DNA from: Candidatus Hodarchaeota archaeon
GTDB taxonomy: Archaea; Asgardarchaeota; Lokiarchaeia; Sigyniarchaeales; SOKP01
DNA: 64,000 nucleotides
Direction: 5' to 3'
Assembly: GCA_048887225.1 (NCBI GenBank)
Contig: JBHLJY010000002.1
Span: 192,001 to 256,000, forward strand
Shown here: positions 28,315 to 38,658 of the stretch, piece by piece
Layout of the letters: each line of letters begins with the position of its first letter
Numbering within the stretch: the first letter of the stretch is position 1
Notes under the pieces: generated by a model
The model's input: only the letters and a program-made list of their open reading frames with translations
Databases searched by the model: none
What the model was told of the DNA's origin: nothing
Made by a program: the position numbers and the translations under genes

Positions 28315-28767
28315 TTATAAGTAGCGCGCTTCAAGTTGAGTACCACAAGATTTACATATCCTGCCGCGCCAATGAGCTAATGTTTGACATGAAGGACAAC
28401 TATTTAATTCTATAGTTTTAGCAATCCAATCTTCCTTACTATGTTGTTTACGATAATTAACGTCAAATTTAACCTTTTTTATAAATTCTTTAACAGGGAA
28501 ACGTTCTATAATCTTACACGGGAATTCATCACAATCTACGCAACTTTCGTATCCTCTTTTCAAGGCACATGATTTCATTGGACACATCTTGCAAATAAAT
28601 AGCGGTTCTTCAGATCTACATCCTTCACAAATTATTTGGTCTGGTTTAATTCCTATCATTTTTGCGAGTTTTTCTTTCAGTCGTTCATCATTTGTTATGT
28701 AAGCAATTCGGAATGAGCAAACTCTACAATTTGTCCCGCAATATGCCATAAAATTCGGATCTTCCAT
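28315..28767 (-). CDS. DUF3795 Cys-rich protein with C-terminal zinc ribbon
   Basis: YCGTNCRVC, CEGCRS, CKMCPMKSC, CVDCDEFPC, CPSC...CKSC. Confidence 0.8.
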   Translation of the reverse strand: MEDPNFMAYCGTNCRVCSFRIAYITNDERLKEKLAKMIGIKPDQIICEGCRSEEPLFICKMCPMKSCALKRGYESCVDCDEFPCKIIERFPVKEFIKKVKFDVNYRKQHSKEDWIAKTIELNSCPSCQTLAHWRGRICKSCGTQLEARYL

Positions 28768-28783
28768 CTTAACTCAATATATT

Positions 28784-29350
28784 TTATTTATTGTTTTTAT
28801 GTAATATAAATTTGAATTCACAGCAATTATCCCCATTAGAAAAACGTTTTACTGGAATTATTTCTCCATTTACTCCCATAGATTCTAACCAACCTCTATG
28901 TCTATGATTACAAGCGCATTTATATTCAGATTCAGCTTTAGATTTCTCTACTTCTTTCCAAATGAAGCATTTATCTACTATACCGACGCCTTCAGTATCA
29001 GAGTGAGCAATAAAACTGAATTTCATAACTTTGGGAATAATAACATCCATAAATGTATTAATAATTTTAATGAGTTCTGGTATTGATGTAATTGATCCTT
29101 TTTTAATACCTAAAGCGTTTAAAATGTGGCGAGCTTCGATTTTTCCCATTGAAAAAATAACCCTTTGGTTTAACTGATTTGCTTGTTCTATTCCATATTC
29201 TCTTTTAGATTTTAAAAACCATTGACCATCCCATTGAGCCATGCATATCTGAAGCAGAAATTTCTGTGTAGCAAGAGCAATATCATATTTTTCTTTTATT
29301 AAATTACTAGAATCATCTCGATTTTTAACTATTGTGGATTTTTCATACAT
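28784..29350 (-). CDS. DUF6125-like protein, paralogue of 27789-28289
   Basis: WDGQWF motif and the same Cys layout; ATG 29350 preceded by AAGGA. Confidence 0.65.
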   Translation of the reverse strand: MYEKSTIVKNRDDSSNLIKEKYDIALATQKFLLQICMAQWDGQWFLKSKREYGIEQANQLNQRVIFSMGKIEARHILNALGIKKGSITSIPELIKIINTFMDVIIPKVMKFSFIAHSDTEGVGIVDKCFIWKEVEKSKAESEYKCACNHRHRGWLESMGVNGEIIPVKRFSNGDNCCEFKFILHKNNK

Positions 29351-29425
29351 ATAAATTCCTTTTAAACTTAATATGATTCGATAATAACAGAGATTCAAAT
29401 ACTTATATAATTTTCCGATTTAAAA

Positions 29426-29518
29426 CAACTTTTTTTAAGTTGAAAAAAAAAAATGCAAAAATTCTAAATAATTTAAAAATAATATTAAGATCAATAGAAA
29501 CTTTTTTTAAGTTGAAAA
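29426..29518. promoter_or_regulatory. Twin candidate operators in a divergent promoter
   Basis: Identical 20-mer AACTTTTTTTAAGTTGAAAA at 29427-29446 and 29499-29518; core palindrome CAACTT-N5-AAGTTG. Confidence 0.55.
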
Positions 29519-29534
29519 TAAGAATTCATATAAA

Positions 29535-30431
29535 ATGCCCCAAAAAATAATAGAAGATCTAAAGAACTTTTTGAAAAGCGCCAAACTTTCGGGTTATGAG
29601 ATAAATGTATATATAACGTTGTTGCTTTCAAATCATTTGACAGCACGAGAATTAAGCGATAAGTCAAATGTTCCTAGTGGACGAATCTACGAGGTATTGG
29701 AGGAATTAAATGAAAAAGGAATGGTTGAAATTCAAGACTCTCGACCAAAAATGTACAGAGCAAAATCGTTTAATTTAGCATTTAAAAACCTTATTTCTTA
29801 TATAACCACTTTAAACAAGAGGAAAGTTTCATATTTAGTTGATCAAGCAAATTTTCTAGAAGCTAACTTATATAATTCCAATCTTTTGGTCAAGAAAGAA
29901 CCTTCAAGAGTTTTTTGGCAGACTGCTTATGGAGCTCAATCAATCATATCGATGTATGTTAAATACTTTCACGAATTACAAGATGAATTGCTAATGATTG
30001 ATTTTATCAATAAAAATACAGTAAAAATCCTTCCTTATGGCAAGAAATTATTTGAAGCTATCAAAAGGGCTCTTGAGCATGGTGTACGAGTAAAAATATT
30101 ATGGTCCTTTGGATTCGATGATAGACCCCTCTCAGACGATCAAAAAGTAAAAAATTTAATACTTTTTAAAGAAATAAGTGAAAAATTGCTCGGACTTTAT
30201 AATTTATCGACAGAAATACATGAATTTGAAATGAAAATCATCCATAAAAGAATTCCATCTTATTATGATATCTTTGATAAAAAGAGAATAATCTTTAAAC
30301 TTCAAAATCCACTAAATCCTTGGCAGATTTTTGCAAGTATGAACGTGTTAGATCTAACTTTAGCAAAAGATTTAAGAGAAAAATACTATGATGTTTGGAC
30401 TTTTGAAGCTTTTGACGAAAATGCTCAATAA
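29535..30431 (+). CDS. TrmB-family transcriptional regulator
   Basis: LSGYEINVY...TARELSDKSNVPSGRIYEVL...SRPKMY HTH plus effector domain. Confidence 0.9.
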   Translation: MPQKIIEDLKNFLKSAKLSGYEINVYITLLLSNHLTARELSDKSNVPSGRIYEVLEELNEKGMVEIQDSRPKMYRAKSFNLAFKNLISYITTLNKRKVSYLVDQANFLEANLYNSNLLVKKEPSRVFWQTAYGAQSIISMYVKYFHELQDELLMIDFINKNTVKILPYGKKLFEAIKRALEHGVRVKILWSFGFDDRPLSDDQKVKNLILFKEISEKLLGLYNLSTEIHEFEMKIIHKRIPSYYDIFDKKRIIFKLQNPLNPWQIFASMNVLDLTLAKDLREKYYDVWTFEAFDENAQ

Positions 30432-30460
30432 AAATGAGATATATAAAAAAAGAAGATTCT

Positions 30461-30904
30461 TCATTTAATAACATCCGTAATAAAACAGGTTTCTACAATT
30501 CTTATTCCTTCAATTTGGCTGATTTTATCTTCTATCAAAGGATTAAATTGTTCTATTGAGTTAATTTCGATCATCATAAAGAGGCCACAATCACCGCTTA
30601 ATCTCCAAATATTGCTAATTTCTTCAATTTTGTTTAATTCAGCGACAATCCTCTTAATCTCCTTAAAATCAGGTTCAACTTTGACGGTCGCGCGTGTCTT
30701 TGGTTTCGAGTCAATCGAATATCTTATTGTAAACTTCTTAATTACCCCTTCATCGACTAATTTTTTAACGCGACGGCGAACAGTTGCTTCTGTCTTCCCA
30801 ATTTTTTGCGAGATTTCGTTAAACGATATTCGACTATCTTTTTTTAATTCTTCTAAAATCTTAACATCAATAACATCAACAAGTAATTTTTTTCTTGCTT
30901 CCAC
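30461..30904 (-). CDS. Lrp/AsnC-family regulator
   Basis: DVKILEELKKDSRISFNEISQKIG...TVRRRVKKL...GVIKKF; C-terminal RAM domain. Confidence 0.92.
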   Translation of the reverse strand: MEARKKLLVDVIDVKILEELKKDSRISFNEISQKIGKTEATVRRRVKKLVDEGVIKKFTIRYSIDSKPKTRATVKVEPDFKEIKRIVAELNKIEEISNIWRLSGDCGLFMMIEINSIEQFNPLIEDKISQIEGIRIVETCFITDVIK

Positions 30905-31162
30905 TTCTCAATACCTCTTATGACAGTTTTTTTATAATTGTAAAACTTTATAATAAAAAGTGAAAATTAATAATTAAAATTTATCATTTTACTGTTAGGA
31001 ATTTTTAATTATTTTGTCGATTAATCATTATTTTATTAATGAAACTAGTAATTTAATATAAATTTTATTGCTGAAATTAAAAATTTGTTTTCTAAACTGA
31101 TAAGCAAAATTAATAACTTTAAAACAATAAAATTCTTTAATGTAAAAATAGTAAGTATTAAT

Positions 31163-32785
31163 ATGAGCAATTATTTCCTAGGATTGGACTGCTCAACTCA
31201 GAGTTTAAGAGCTGTTGTTATTGATTTTGATTTGGGAGAAATTGTATATAAAACTAACATTAGCTTCGATAATGAATTACCACATTATAAAACACGAAAT
31301 GGCATTATAATTTTTGAAGATCCTAAGGTTGTTCACTCTTATCCTCTTATGTGGGTTGAATCTTTAGAATTCTTATTCGAAAGATTAGATGATAATTCAA
31401 TAGGAAATATTAAAGCAATATCGGGATCTGGGCAACAACATGGAACTGTGTATTTGAATAATAAATTTGAATCAGTGCTTCGTAATTTAAATCCTAATAA
31501 GCCTTTATTTAAACAATTAGAAAATACTTTTTCTCGAAAAACGAGTCCAATTTGGATGGATAGTAGCACGTCTAAACAATGTAAGGAAATTCGCGATATG
31601 GTTGGAGGAATGGAAGCCATTATTAAAATTACTGGCTCTAATACTTTTGAAAGATTTTCTGGTCCTCAAATTAGAAAATTTTATCAAGAAAATCTCGAAG
31701 CTTATAATAAAACTTCAATAATTCATCTTGTTAGTTCATTTATGGCATCGATTTTACTAGGTAAAAATGCTCCAATTGATCACGGAGATGGTGCGGGCAT
31801 GAATCTTATGAACATTAAAACTAAACAGTGGGATGAAATGGCCTTAAATGCAACGGCTCCTAATTTAAAGCATAAACTTATATCTCTTACCAATTCTTAC
31901 GATATTATAGGTAAAATATCTCCTTATTTTGTAAGAAGATACGGTTTTAATCCTAATACTCTTTTAGTTGCCTGGTCTGGGGACAATCCAAATAGTTTAA
32001 TTGGTGTTGGCTTAATTAATAAAGGTAAAGTTGCTATAAGTTTGGGTACCAGCGATACTTATTTTGGGTATTTAAAGGATTTATATTTAGATTTGAATGG
32101 TGAGGGTCATGTTTTTGGTTCTCCAACCGGAGATTATATGAGCTTAATTTGTTTTAAAAATGGATCTTTAGCAAGGGAAAGGATTAAAGATAAATTTAAT
32201 TTAGATTGGACTCGATTTTCTGAGATTTTAATTAAAACTCCCTCGGGTAATTTTGGAAAAATAATGCTTCCCTATTTTTTTCCTGAAATAGTGCCATTAG
32301 TATTAGATTCTAAAGTATACAGGTTTGGTTTTGATGAAAATGACTTGGAAGGAAATGTAAGAGCAATAATAGAATCCCAATTCCTCTCGATGAGGCTACA
32401 CTCCGAGTGGATTGGAGAAAAACCAAAAGAAATTTATGCAACTGGAGGCGCATCAGCAAATAAAGATATTTTACAGGTTGCCGCTAACATTTTTAATACA
32501 CCTATTCGACGATTTGAAATAACAGACTCGGCTGCTTTAGGAGCTGTTTTTAGAACTGCAAAATCTTATTACGATTTCATTAACATTAAGAAGAGTTGGG
32601 AAGAAATATTAATTAAATTTCGTCAAGATAGCGATATTATAGAGCCACAAAAAGAGATAAAAAAGTTATATGATGATATGCTTGGACTTTATAAAAAATG
32701 TGAAGATTTTATTTTAAGAAATGGTGAAGATCCAGAACTTTTTCGAAAAAAATTTATTAAAAAATATTTTCCGCCTCAAATTTAA
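31163..32785 (+). CDS. xylB: D-xylulose kinase, FGGY family, eukaryote (XYLB/XKS1)-like subgroup
   Basis: GLDCSTQS, SGSGQQHGTVY, WMDSST, ITGS..ERFSGPQIRK, GDNPNS, SLGTSDT, KNGSLARE, GGAS.N; ATG at 31163. Confidence 0.85.
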   Translation: MSNYFLGLDCSTQSLRAVVIDFDLGEIVYKTNISFDNELPHYKTRNGIIIFEDPKVVHSYPLMWVESLEFLFERLDDNSIGNIKAISGSGQQHGTVYLNNKFESVLRNLNPNKPLFKQLENTFSRKTSPIWMDSSTSKQCKEIRDMVGGMEAIIKITGSNTFERFSGPQIRKFYQENLEAYNKTSIIHLVSSFMASILLGKNAPIDHGDGAGMNLMNIKTKQWDEMALNATAPNLKHKLISLTNSYDIIGKISPYFVRRYGFNPNTLLVAWSGDNPNSLIGVGLINKGKVAISLGTSDTYFGYLKDLYLDLNGEGHVFGSPTGDYMSLICFKNGSLARERIKDKFNLDWTRFSEILIKTPSGNFGKIMLPYFFPEIVPLVLDSKVYRFGFDENDLEGNVRAIIESQFLSMRLHSEWIGEKPKEIYATGGASANKDILQVAANIFNTPIRRFEITDSAALGAVFRTAKSYYDFINIKKSWEEILIKFRQDSDIIEPQKEIKKLYDDMLGLYKKCEDFILRNGEDPELFRKKFIKKYFPPQI

Positions 32786-32901
32786 CTCTTTTAATGATAA
32801 TATCTGATGAATAATCAATCAATAAAAGTTATTTAGGAATGAAATAATTATAATATATATTTAACAAATCCTATTATTTTATCATTTGAGGCTAAAAGAA
32901 G

Positions 32902-33696
32902 ATGAGTAAGGAAATTCCGGAGAATGTAAAGGAATCACTCCGAGCAATTGGGCTTACCGATTATGAAATCTCAATTTACCTTACGTTAATTTCAATGGGA
33001 CCAATGGATGCGCGGGAACTTTCAGAAGCTTCAGGGGTTCCGTATTCGCGTATATACAATATATTAACTCAACTCGAAAAGGATAAAATGTGGATAATAA
33101 AAGAGGAAGAGTCAAGACCCTCACGTTACTTTGCCAAATCCCCCGACGAGGCATTAATTATCGCAAAGAAGCAATACAACGACAATTTTGACGATCATTC
33201 AAATAAGATTATTCATACATTAACCCCTATATATCAATCACACGATACACCTATAAAAATTGCCTTGTATATCCATAGAGGCAGGGATGTTTGTTTAAAT
33301 AGAGCTCTTTCATTGATTGAAATGGCAAAAAATTCGATTTATTTAGTTTCTACGGATTCTGATTTTTTAGAAGCTTTTTACGATGATATTAAGAAAGCTA
33401 GAGCGAGAGGAGTTATAGATCTTAAATTATTAGTCGAGGATAAAGCTCTGGAAGATGGTAAATTCAAGACATTATTAAAAAAATATAAGGAACTCTGCGA
33501 AATTAAATCTCGAGATCAAGTTTTTGGTAGTTCCATTATTATCGATGAAGGTGAAGATGCCTTCATAGTTCTTTCTCAAAGATTTTTCGAAAGATTGTCT
33601 TATTTTGGAATTGTCACTGACCATATTGCTTTTGGTCCAGCTTCATTATTTTATTTTAGTTATCTTTATGATTCTGCGAATGAAGCAAAACTCTGA
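32902..33696 (+). CDS. TrmB-family transcriptional regulator
   Basis: GLTDYEISIY...DARELSEASGVPYSRIYNIL...SRPSRY. Confidence 0.9.
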   Translation: MSKEIPENVKESLRAIGLTDYEISIYLTLISMGPMDARELSEASGVPYSRIYNILTQLEKDKMWIIKEEESRPSRYFAKSPDEALIIAKKQYNDNFDDHSNKIIHTLTPIYQSHDTPIKIALYIHRGRDVCLNRALSLIEMAKNSIYLVSTDSDFLEAFYDDIKKARARGVIDLKLLVEDKALEDGKFKTLLKKYKELCEIKSRDQVFGSSIIIDEGEDAFIVLSQRFFERLSYFGIVTDHIAFGPASLFYFSYLYDSANEAKL

Positions 33697-33743
33697 AAAA
33701 TAATATTTTTAACTTATTTATTAATTAAAATCAGTTTAAAGAG

Positions 33744-33983
33744 TTGATAAAAATGGAAATGAAAGATTTTAATTTAATTAAACTTGAAAGAAAAGGTAAA
33801 ATCTGTATTCTTAGATTAAATCGCCCCGCAAAGAAAATTGCGATGAGTAAAGCCATGCGCTCAGAAATTTTAGCAATTTCGCAGTTACTTAGGGTTAATA
33901 ATATCTTTTTCGATCAATATCAAGCATTTGAAGCTGAAATTAATAGCATTATTGAAAGCATGAAAAAAATATTAAATATGTGA
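33744..33983 (+). pseudogene. Enoyl-CoA hydratase N-terminal remnant
   Basis: IKLERKGKICILRLNRPAKKIAMSKAMRSEI matches a crotonase N-terminus; the rest of the fold is missing. Confidence 0.55.
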
Positions 33984-34041
33984 TTTTAAAAAGGATAATA
34001 ATATTCTAAACTTTACCTTATTAATATTTATTAATAACATT

Positions 34042-34959
34042 ATGACTGATTTTCAAGGTATATTTCCAGCGACTATTACTCCAATGAAAGAAGATTTTTC
34101 TATAGATTTGGAGAGTTTTAAAAATTATTTAAGCTGGTTAATAGATCAAGGTGTTAATGGTTTTGCTATAAATGTTGATACTGGTGAGGGTCCTTCTTTA
34201 ACCTCTGAAGAGAGAATGTTGCTATTAAAGGCTGCTAAAGAAATATCTGGAGGCTTAAAATTAATCGCGGGAATAATAGGTGGGTCAACCGAAAGCGCTA
34301 TTAGAGAAGCCAAAAACGCGATTTCTTGTGGTGCAGACGCGTATTTAATTTTTCCAAATGCAGTATTTAGAGGTGAACCTCAAGATTCAAATTTAATTTA
34401 TAAATATCACCAAGAAATTGCTTCAGAAACAAATACAGACATTATTATATTTAATTTACAAGATGCCCTTGGAGGATGTATCTATACAAATAAAACTCTA
34501 AAAATGCTACTATCAATACCTCAAGTAAAAGCTATAAAAGAAGCGAGTTTCGATATTTCGATTTATAAATCAGTTTATGACTTCTTAAAAAATCAAGATA
34601 AGAAAATCTCATTTTTAACTGGAAATGATAATTTTATATTAGAATCCTTTTTACTAGGTGCTGATGGTGGGTTATTAGGGGCGTGCTCTCAGTTAACTAA
34701 GTGGCAAGTTGATTGTTTTAAATATATTAAATCTAAACAATTTGAGCAAGCAATTAAGCTGTCAAATTTTTTTCAACCCATAGTTGATATAACCTTTATG
34801 CCACCCATTAGAAATTACCGTGCTAGAACTAAATATTCATTAATGCTTCAAGGTATCATTCCTAATGATTTTGTGAGACCTCCTTTAATGGAAATGTCTG
34901 AAAATGAAAAAAAAGTTATAAAGGATGCATTAAAATCCTCAGGAATAATAAAAAATTAA
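34042..34959 (+). CDS. DHDPS/KDG-aldolase family protein
   Basis: GIFPATITP, DTGE, AIKEAS Schiff-base Lys, TGND, VRPPL. Confidence 0.85.
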   Translation: MTDFQGIFPATITPMKEDFSIDLESFKNYLSWLIDQGVNGFAINVDTGEGPSLTSEERMLLLKAAKEISGGLKLIAGIIGGSTESAIREAKNAISCGADAYLIFPNAVFRGEPQDSNLIYKYHQEIASETNTDIIIFNLQDALGGCIYTNKTLKMLLSIPQVKAIKEASFDISIYKSVYDFLKNQDKKISFLTGNDNFILESFLLGADGGLLGACSQLTKWQVDCFKYIKSKQFEQAIKLSNFFQPIVDITFMPPIRNYRARTKYSLMLQGIIPNDFVRPPLMEMSENEKKVIKDALKSSGIIKN

Positions 34960-34964
34960 AAATA

Positions 34965-36362
34965 TTATTCAATTCTGATAAATTTATTTTTATATAAAGG
35001 ATCTCTAATAGCACATCCTGTGTTTTGTCCATCTCTCATTAATTGTGAACATTTTGAACAAGATATACAAGTTTTATTTTTATCAATAATTCCATCTTGA
35101 AAAATTTGTTTCGGGAACTCAGGATTAGCGAATGCCATTCTTCCAAAACCACAGATATCTACTTTTTTTTCGTGAATCAATCCCGTAGCGACATAAGTTG
35201 CAAATTGTCGCAAATAAGAATATCCAGATCCTATAACCACTAAATCTTTTGGTATGTGCTCTTTAATACTTGATGCCAAATTAAGAATTCTATTCACGCT
35301 ATAAAGAGGATGTTCATTAGGTAAACTTCCTCCTTTAACAGGTGTATCATAAGGCCTTGTAATTTGTGGTTTATAATGTGGATTACCAGCAGAAATATTT
35401 ATTAATCGTAAACCAATATGGTATAATTTTTTAATTAATTCTATAGGCTCTGAAAGATCGATCGTTGCTGGAAAAACTTCATTTTCTTTTGATTTAACAC
35501 CAAATCCATTAGGGTAAGGAATGCCGTCATATACGCTCATTCGAGTTGTAATAAAAAATTCAGAATTATTTTTCAGTTTTTTAATTGATTTTTTAACAAT
35601 ATTTAGAAATAATTTTGCTCTCTTTTCTAAAGATTTCCCCCCATATTTAGAGTTATTTCGTGTTCTAGAACTTAATAATTCGCTAATTAAATAACCATGA
35701 CTTGATTTTATATCAACACCATCAAAACCTATTTCTCTTGCCAAAATTGTTTTATTAACCCAATTATCTTCAATTTCTTCTAAATCTCTATCAGAAATAA
35801 CGATCCCATCGTTCTTCGAAACCCCAATAGCTTCATCCAGCTCAGAATTATGATATGCTCGTATTGGATATCTTTTGCCTTCTCTTCTGCAATATCTTCC
35901 TGAATGATTTAATTGCAAAATAAGTATACAATTATTTTTAAAACCCAACTTCTTTAATGTATTATTAGAAATTTCTCTAACAAAAGATATAAGTTCTTTA
36001 AATTTGCTATAAGTATTCTCAGTTAAAATTAATTGATGTTGATTTGAGCGACAATTTTCGGAAATTGCAGTCGCCTCAAACCAAATTAATCCCGCTCCTC
36101 CTTTTGCATATCGTTCATATCGTCTACATGTTAATTTACTTGGTTTTCCATCTAAATTTGCGTCGAAACCTTCCATAGGTTGTATCGATAATCGATTTGG
36201 AATAAATATATTTTTTAATTTAACTCTTTGTTGTAAATATTCTACATCTGCACTAATTGGAATTGTTAAATTTAATTTAGTTATTTTATTTTTTAATTCT
36301 GTAAGTGTTTTATACGAAAATGGCTCAAATCTAGCATGGGAAGGTTTGGAAATTGTATTCAT
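34965..36362 (-). CDS. NADH:flavin oxidoreductase (Old Yellow Enzyme family) with C-terminal Fe-S motif
   Basis: PNR..IQPMEG, GGAGLIWFEA, LQLNHSGR, GFDGVDIKSSHGYL, YGG, GR, CISCSKC-x11-C. Confidence 0.88.
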   Translation of the reverse strand: MNTISKPSHARFEPFSYKTLTELKNKITKLNLTIPISADVEYLQQRVKLKNIFIPNRLSIQPMEGFDANLDGKPSKLTCRRYERYAKGGAGLIWFEATAISENCRSNQHQLILTENTYSKFKELISFVREISNNTLKKLGFKNNCILILQLNHSGRYCRREGKRYPIRAYHNSELDEAIGVSKNDGIVISDRDLEEIEDNWVNKTILAREIGFDGVDIKSSHGYLISELLSSRTRNNSKYGGKSLEKRAKLFLNIVKKSIKKLKNNSEFFITTRMSVYDGIPYPNGFGVKSKENEVFPATIDLSEPIELIKKLYHIGLRLINISAGNPHYKPQITRPYDTPVKGGSLPNEHPLYSVNRILNLASSIKEHIPKDLVVIGSGYSYLRQFATYVATGLIHEKKVDICGFGRMAFANPEFPKQIFQDGIIDKNKTCISCSKCSQLMRDGQNTGCAIRDPLYKNKFIRIE

Positions 36363-36410
36363 TATTTAATTAAATCATATAAGTAAATAAAGTACTTTGC
36401 ATTTTATCCT

Positions 36411-37049
36411 ATGATGACAACGGCTAAGAGAAAGATTCTACTATATCAAGGTGGAAGATACTTTCATTTAGAAAAAACGTGTAATTATTTCGAAAATATA
36501 TTAAGCGATTATATTATAGATTGTTTCAATAGTGTAGAAATATTTGGAACTGAAAATTTTTTTGAATATGATACAACAATTTTTTTTAGCCAAGAGGGCA
36601 AATTTACTGAAGAACAAGAAAAAAACGTCCTCGAATTTGTAGCTGGTGGAAAAGGTTTTATTGGATTGCATGGTGCATCTGCTTCATTTAAAACTCATAC
36701 AAGATATTTTGAGATGCTTGGAGGACGCTTTATTAGCCATAAAAGTGTTACGAATTTTGATGTGAATATAATTGATAAAACCCATAAAATTACACGGGGT
36801 ATAGAAAACTTCACCTTTAAGGATGAGCCATACCGACACGATTTTTCAACAAGTACGAATATCCATATATTGGCTGAGGCTAATTATCATGATAATAAAA
36901 ATCGAAAGCCTGAACCTATAATGTGGACAAAAACTTATGGAAAGGGGAGAGTTTTTTACTGTGCTTTAGGTCATAGAACTATATCTCTTAAAGATGTAAT
37001 TTTTCAAACAATTATTAAAAGAGCAGTAAGATGGGTATTAAAGGATTAA
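36411..37049 (+). CDS. ThuA-like domain protein
   Basis: GKGFIGLHGA, LGGRFISH, DEPY, YGKGRVFYCALGH. Confidence 0.85.
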   Translation: MMTTAKRKILLYQGGRYFHLEKTCNYFENILSDYIIDCFNSVEIFGTENFFEYDTTIFFSQEGKFTEEQEKNVLEFVAGGKGFIGLHGASASFKTHTRYFEMLGGRFISHKSVTNFDVNIIDKTHKITRGIENFTFKDEPYRHDFSTSTNIHILAEANYHDNKNRKPEPIMWTKTYGKGRVFYCALGHRTISLKDVIFQTIIKRAVRWVLKD

Positions 37050-37056
37050 ATATAAG

Positions 37057-38091
37057 GTGAATATTATTACGAATAAAAAAGAATTTTTAATGATTGGAAT
37101 TATTGGATGTGGCTGGGTTACCGAGTACATTAAGCCAGTTACAAAAAATCTCGAAAATCTAAAAATTGTTGCTGCTGTTGATCCAATTTTAGAACGAGCT
37201 AATAAAATAGCTGGTAAGGAGCATTCATATGAGGATCCTTCAAAAATGTATAAAAATGAAAATATCGATGCAGTTTATATTGCGACTCCTCATAATCTTC
37301 ATAAACCTATGATCAAACAAGCATTAGAAGAGGGAAAACATGTTTTTTGCGAAAAGCCCGTTTCAACCACGATTGAAAATGCTCGTGAAATTTTTGAATT
37401 GGATAAAAAATATCCCAGCTTAAAGATTGGCTTTAATTATCAATATAGATATGATTATAATTGTTATAATTTGACGTATGGAGTTAAAGAAGGGCATATA
37501 GGAAAGGTATATTATGCGAATTGTAACGTTTTTTTCAGTCGAGAAATAGATTATTTTAACAAAGGTATTTGGAGAACCAAATTAGGAAATGCAGGGGGTG
37601 GAACTTTATTAGGCCATGGCTCACATATTCTTGATATTATGATATGGGCTCTGGGCGAACCCATATCTGTTATGGGTAAAATTGATAATTTGAAATTTAA
37701 TATTGAAGTTGAAGATATTGGATTTGGTATTATCAAATTTGAAAATGGAGTTTACGGGCAAATAAACGATTCTATGATAATAAAACCGAGGAAAAAAAGG
37801 ATTAATGATTGCGTAGAATTAGATATTTTTGGAGAAATTGGAAGCTGTTCTTACAAAGGCCCATGGCCATTTTCTTCTTTAAATTGGTATGGAGTAGAAG
37901 ATTTTAAAATAAAAGAAAATGTTGCCGGCAAATCTCATTTTAGCGAATGTCTCGGATCATATCTCAATTGGGTTTTATACGACACACCATTCTTTAACAC
38001 AGTAGAAGAAAGCTCAAGAGTCTTAAGATTAATCTCTGCAATCTACAAATCCTCAAAAACTGGTAAAGAAGTAAAAGTCGAGAAACTTTAA
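37057..38091 (+). CDS. Gfo/Idh/MocA oxidoreductase
   Basis: GIIGCG, IATPHNLH, HVFCEKP, GGGTL...SHILD. Confidence 0.9.
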   Translation: MNIITNKKEFLMIGIIGCGWVTEYIKPVTKNLENLKIVAAVDPILERANKIAGKEHSYEDPSKMYKNENIDAVYIATPHNLHKPMIKQALEEGKHVFCEKPVSTTIENAREIFELDKKYPSLKIGFNYQYRYDYNCYNLTYGVKEGHIGKVYYANCNVFFSREIDYFNKGIWRTKLGNAGGGTLLGHGSHILDIMIWALGEPISVMGKIDNLKFNIEVEDIGFGIIKFENGVYGQINDSMIIKPRKKRINDCVELDIFGEIGSCSYKGPWPFSSLNWYGVEDFKIKENVAGKSHFSECLGSYLNWVLYDTPFFNTVEESSRVLRLISAIYKSSKTGKEVKVEKL

Positions 38092-38118
38092 TTATCTCTA
38101 AACTTATGAAAGAATAAT

Positions 38119-38574
38119 TTACCTTATAAACGCCCTTTTACCTAAGAAGATAAAAAGCTCCCCAAGTTCAAATAGAGTGAGAGGTTGAACAAGTCTAGCC
38201 ATTTGATGGCGGAGTTCTGCTTTCTTGAGTCCAGCAATAATTAATTTTTCAATATCTTCGATATAATCTTCCATATTTATAAATAATATTTCAATTTTCG
38301 CAACACCAGTTAATTCTTCGATATCTTTATCTAAATGCTTCTCAATTTGATTTAATAACCCTAATTTTAATTTTGGTTCTAAATCATATTCGACAATTAG
38401 TCGATTCATCTCTTCTATTACAATATTTAAAGTTAAATTCCAATCTTTATTCTCTTTATATTTCGGAATTAAAATTTCGCTAATTATTACCTCAAAAAGA
38501 GTTCGCGGTGCTTGTTCATCGAATTCTAATTCCAGTCCAGTTGATAAATTAATATTTTTAACTTCTTTGGCCAT
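38119..38574 (-). CDS. Hypothetical protein
   Basis: 151-aa helical ORF; no motif recognised. Confidence 0.65.
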   Translation of the reverse strand: MAKEVKNINLSTGLELEFDEQAPRTLFEVIISEILIPKYKENKDWNLTLNIVIEEMNRLIVEYDLEPKLKLGLLNQIEKHLDKDIEELTGVAKIEILFINMEDYIEDIEKLIIAGLKKAELRHQMARLVQPLTLFELGELFIFLGKRAFIR

Positions 38575-38658
38575 TTTAAATCACAAGAATTTTTCGACAA
38601 TTGAATTATTAATAAATAAATTAAATATTAAATATTTTTATTCTTTCGATAATACTTA

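Noticed and set aside
9191-33983. Other TGA-terminated genes (ends at 9193, 21131, 23525, 33696, 33983) as selenoproteins
   Set aside because: The TGA lies at natural C-termini or a remnant end, followed by AT-rich non-coding sequence; no Cys-equivalent context or SECIS-like hairpin noticed.
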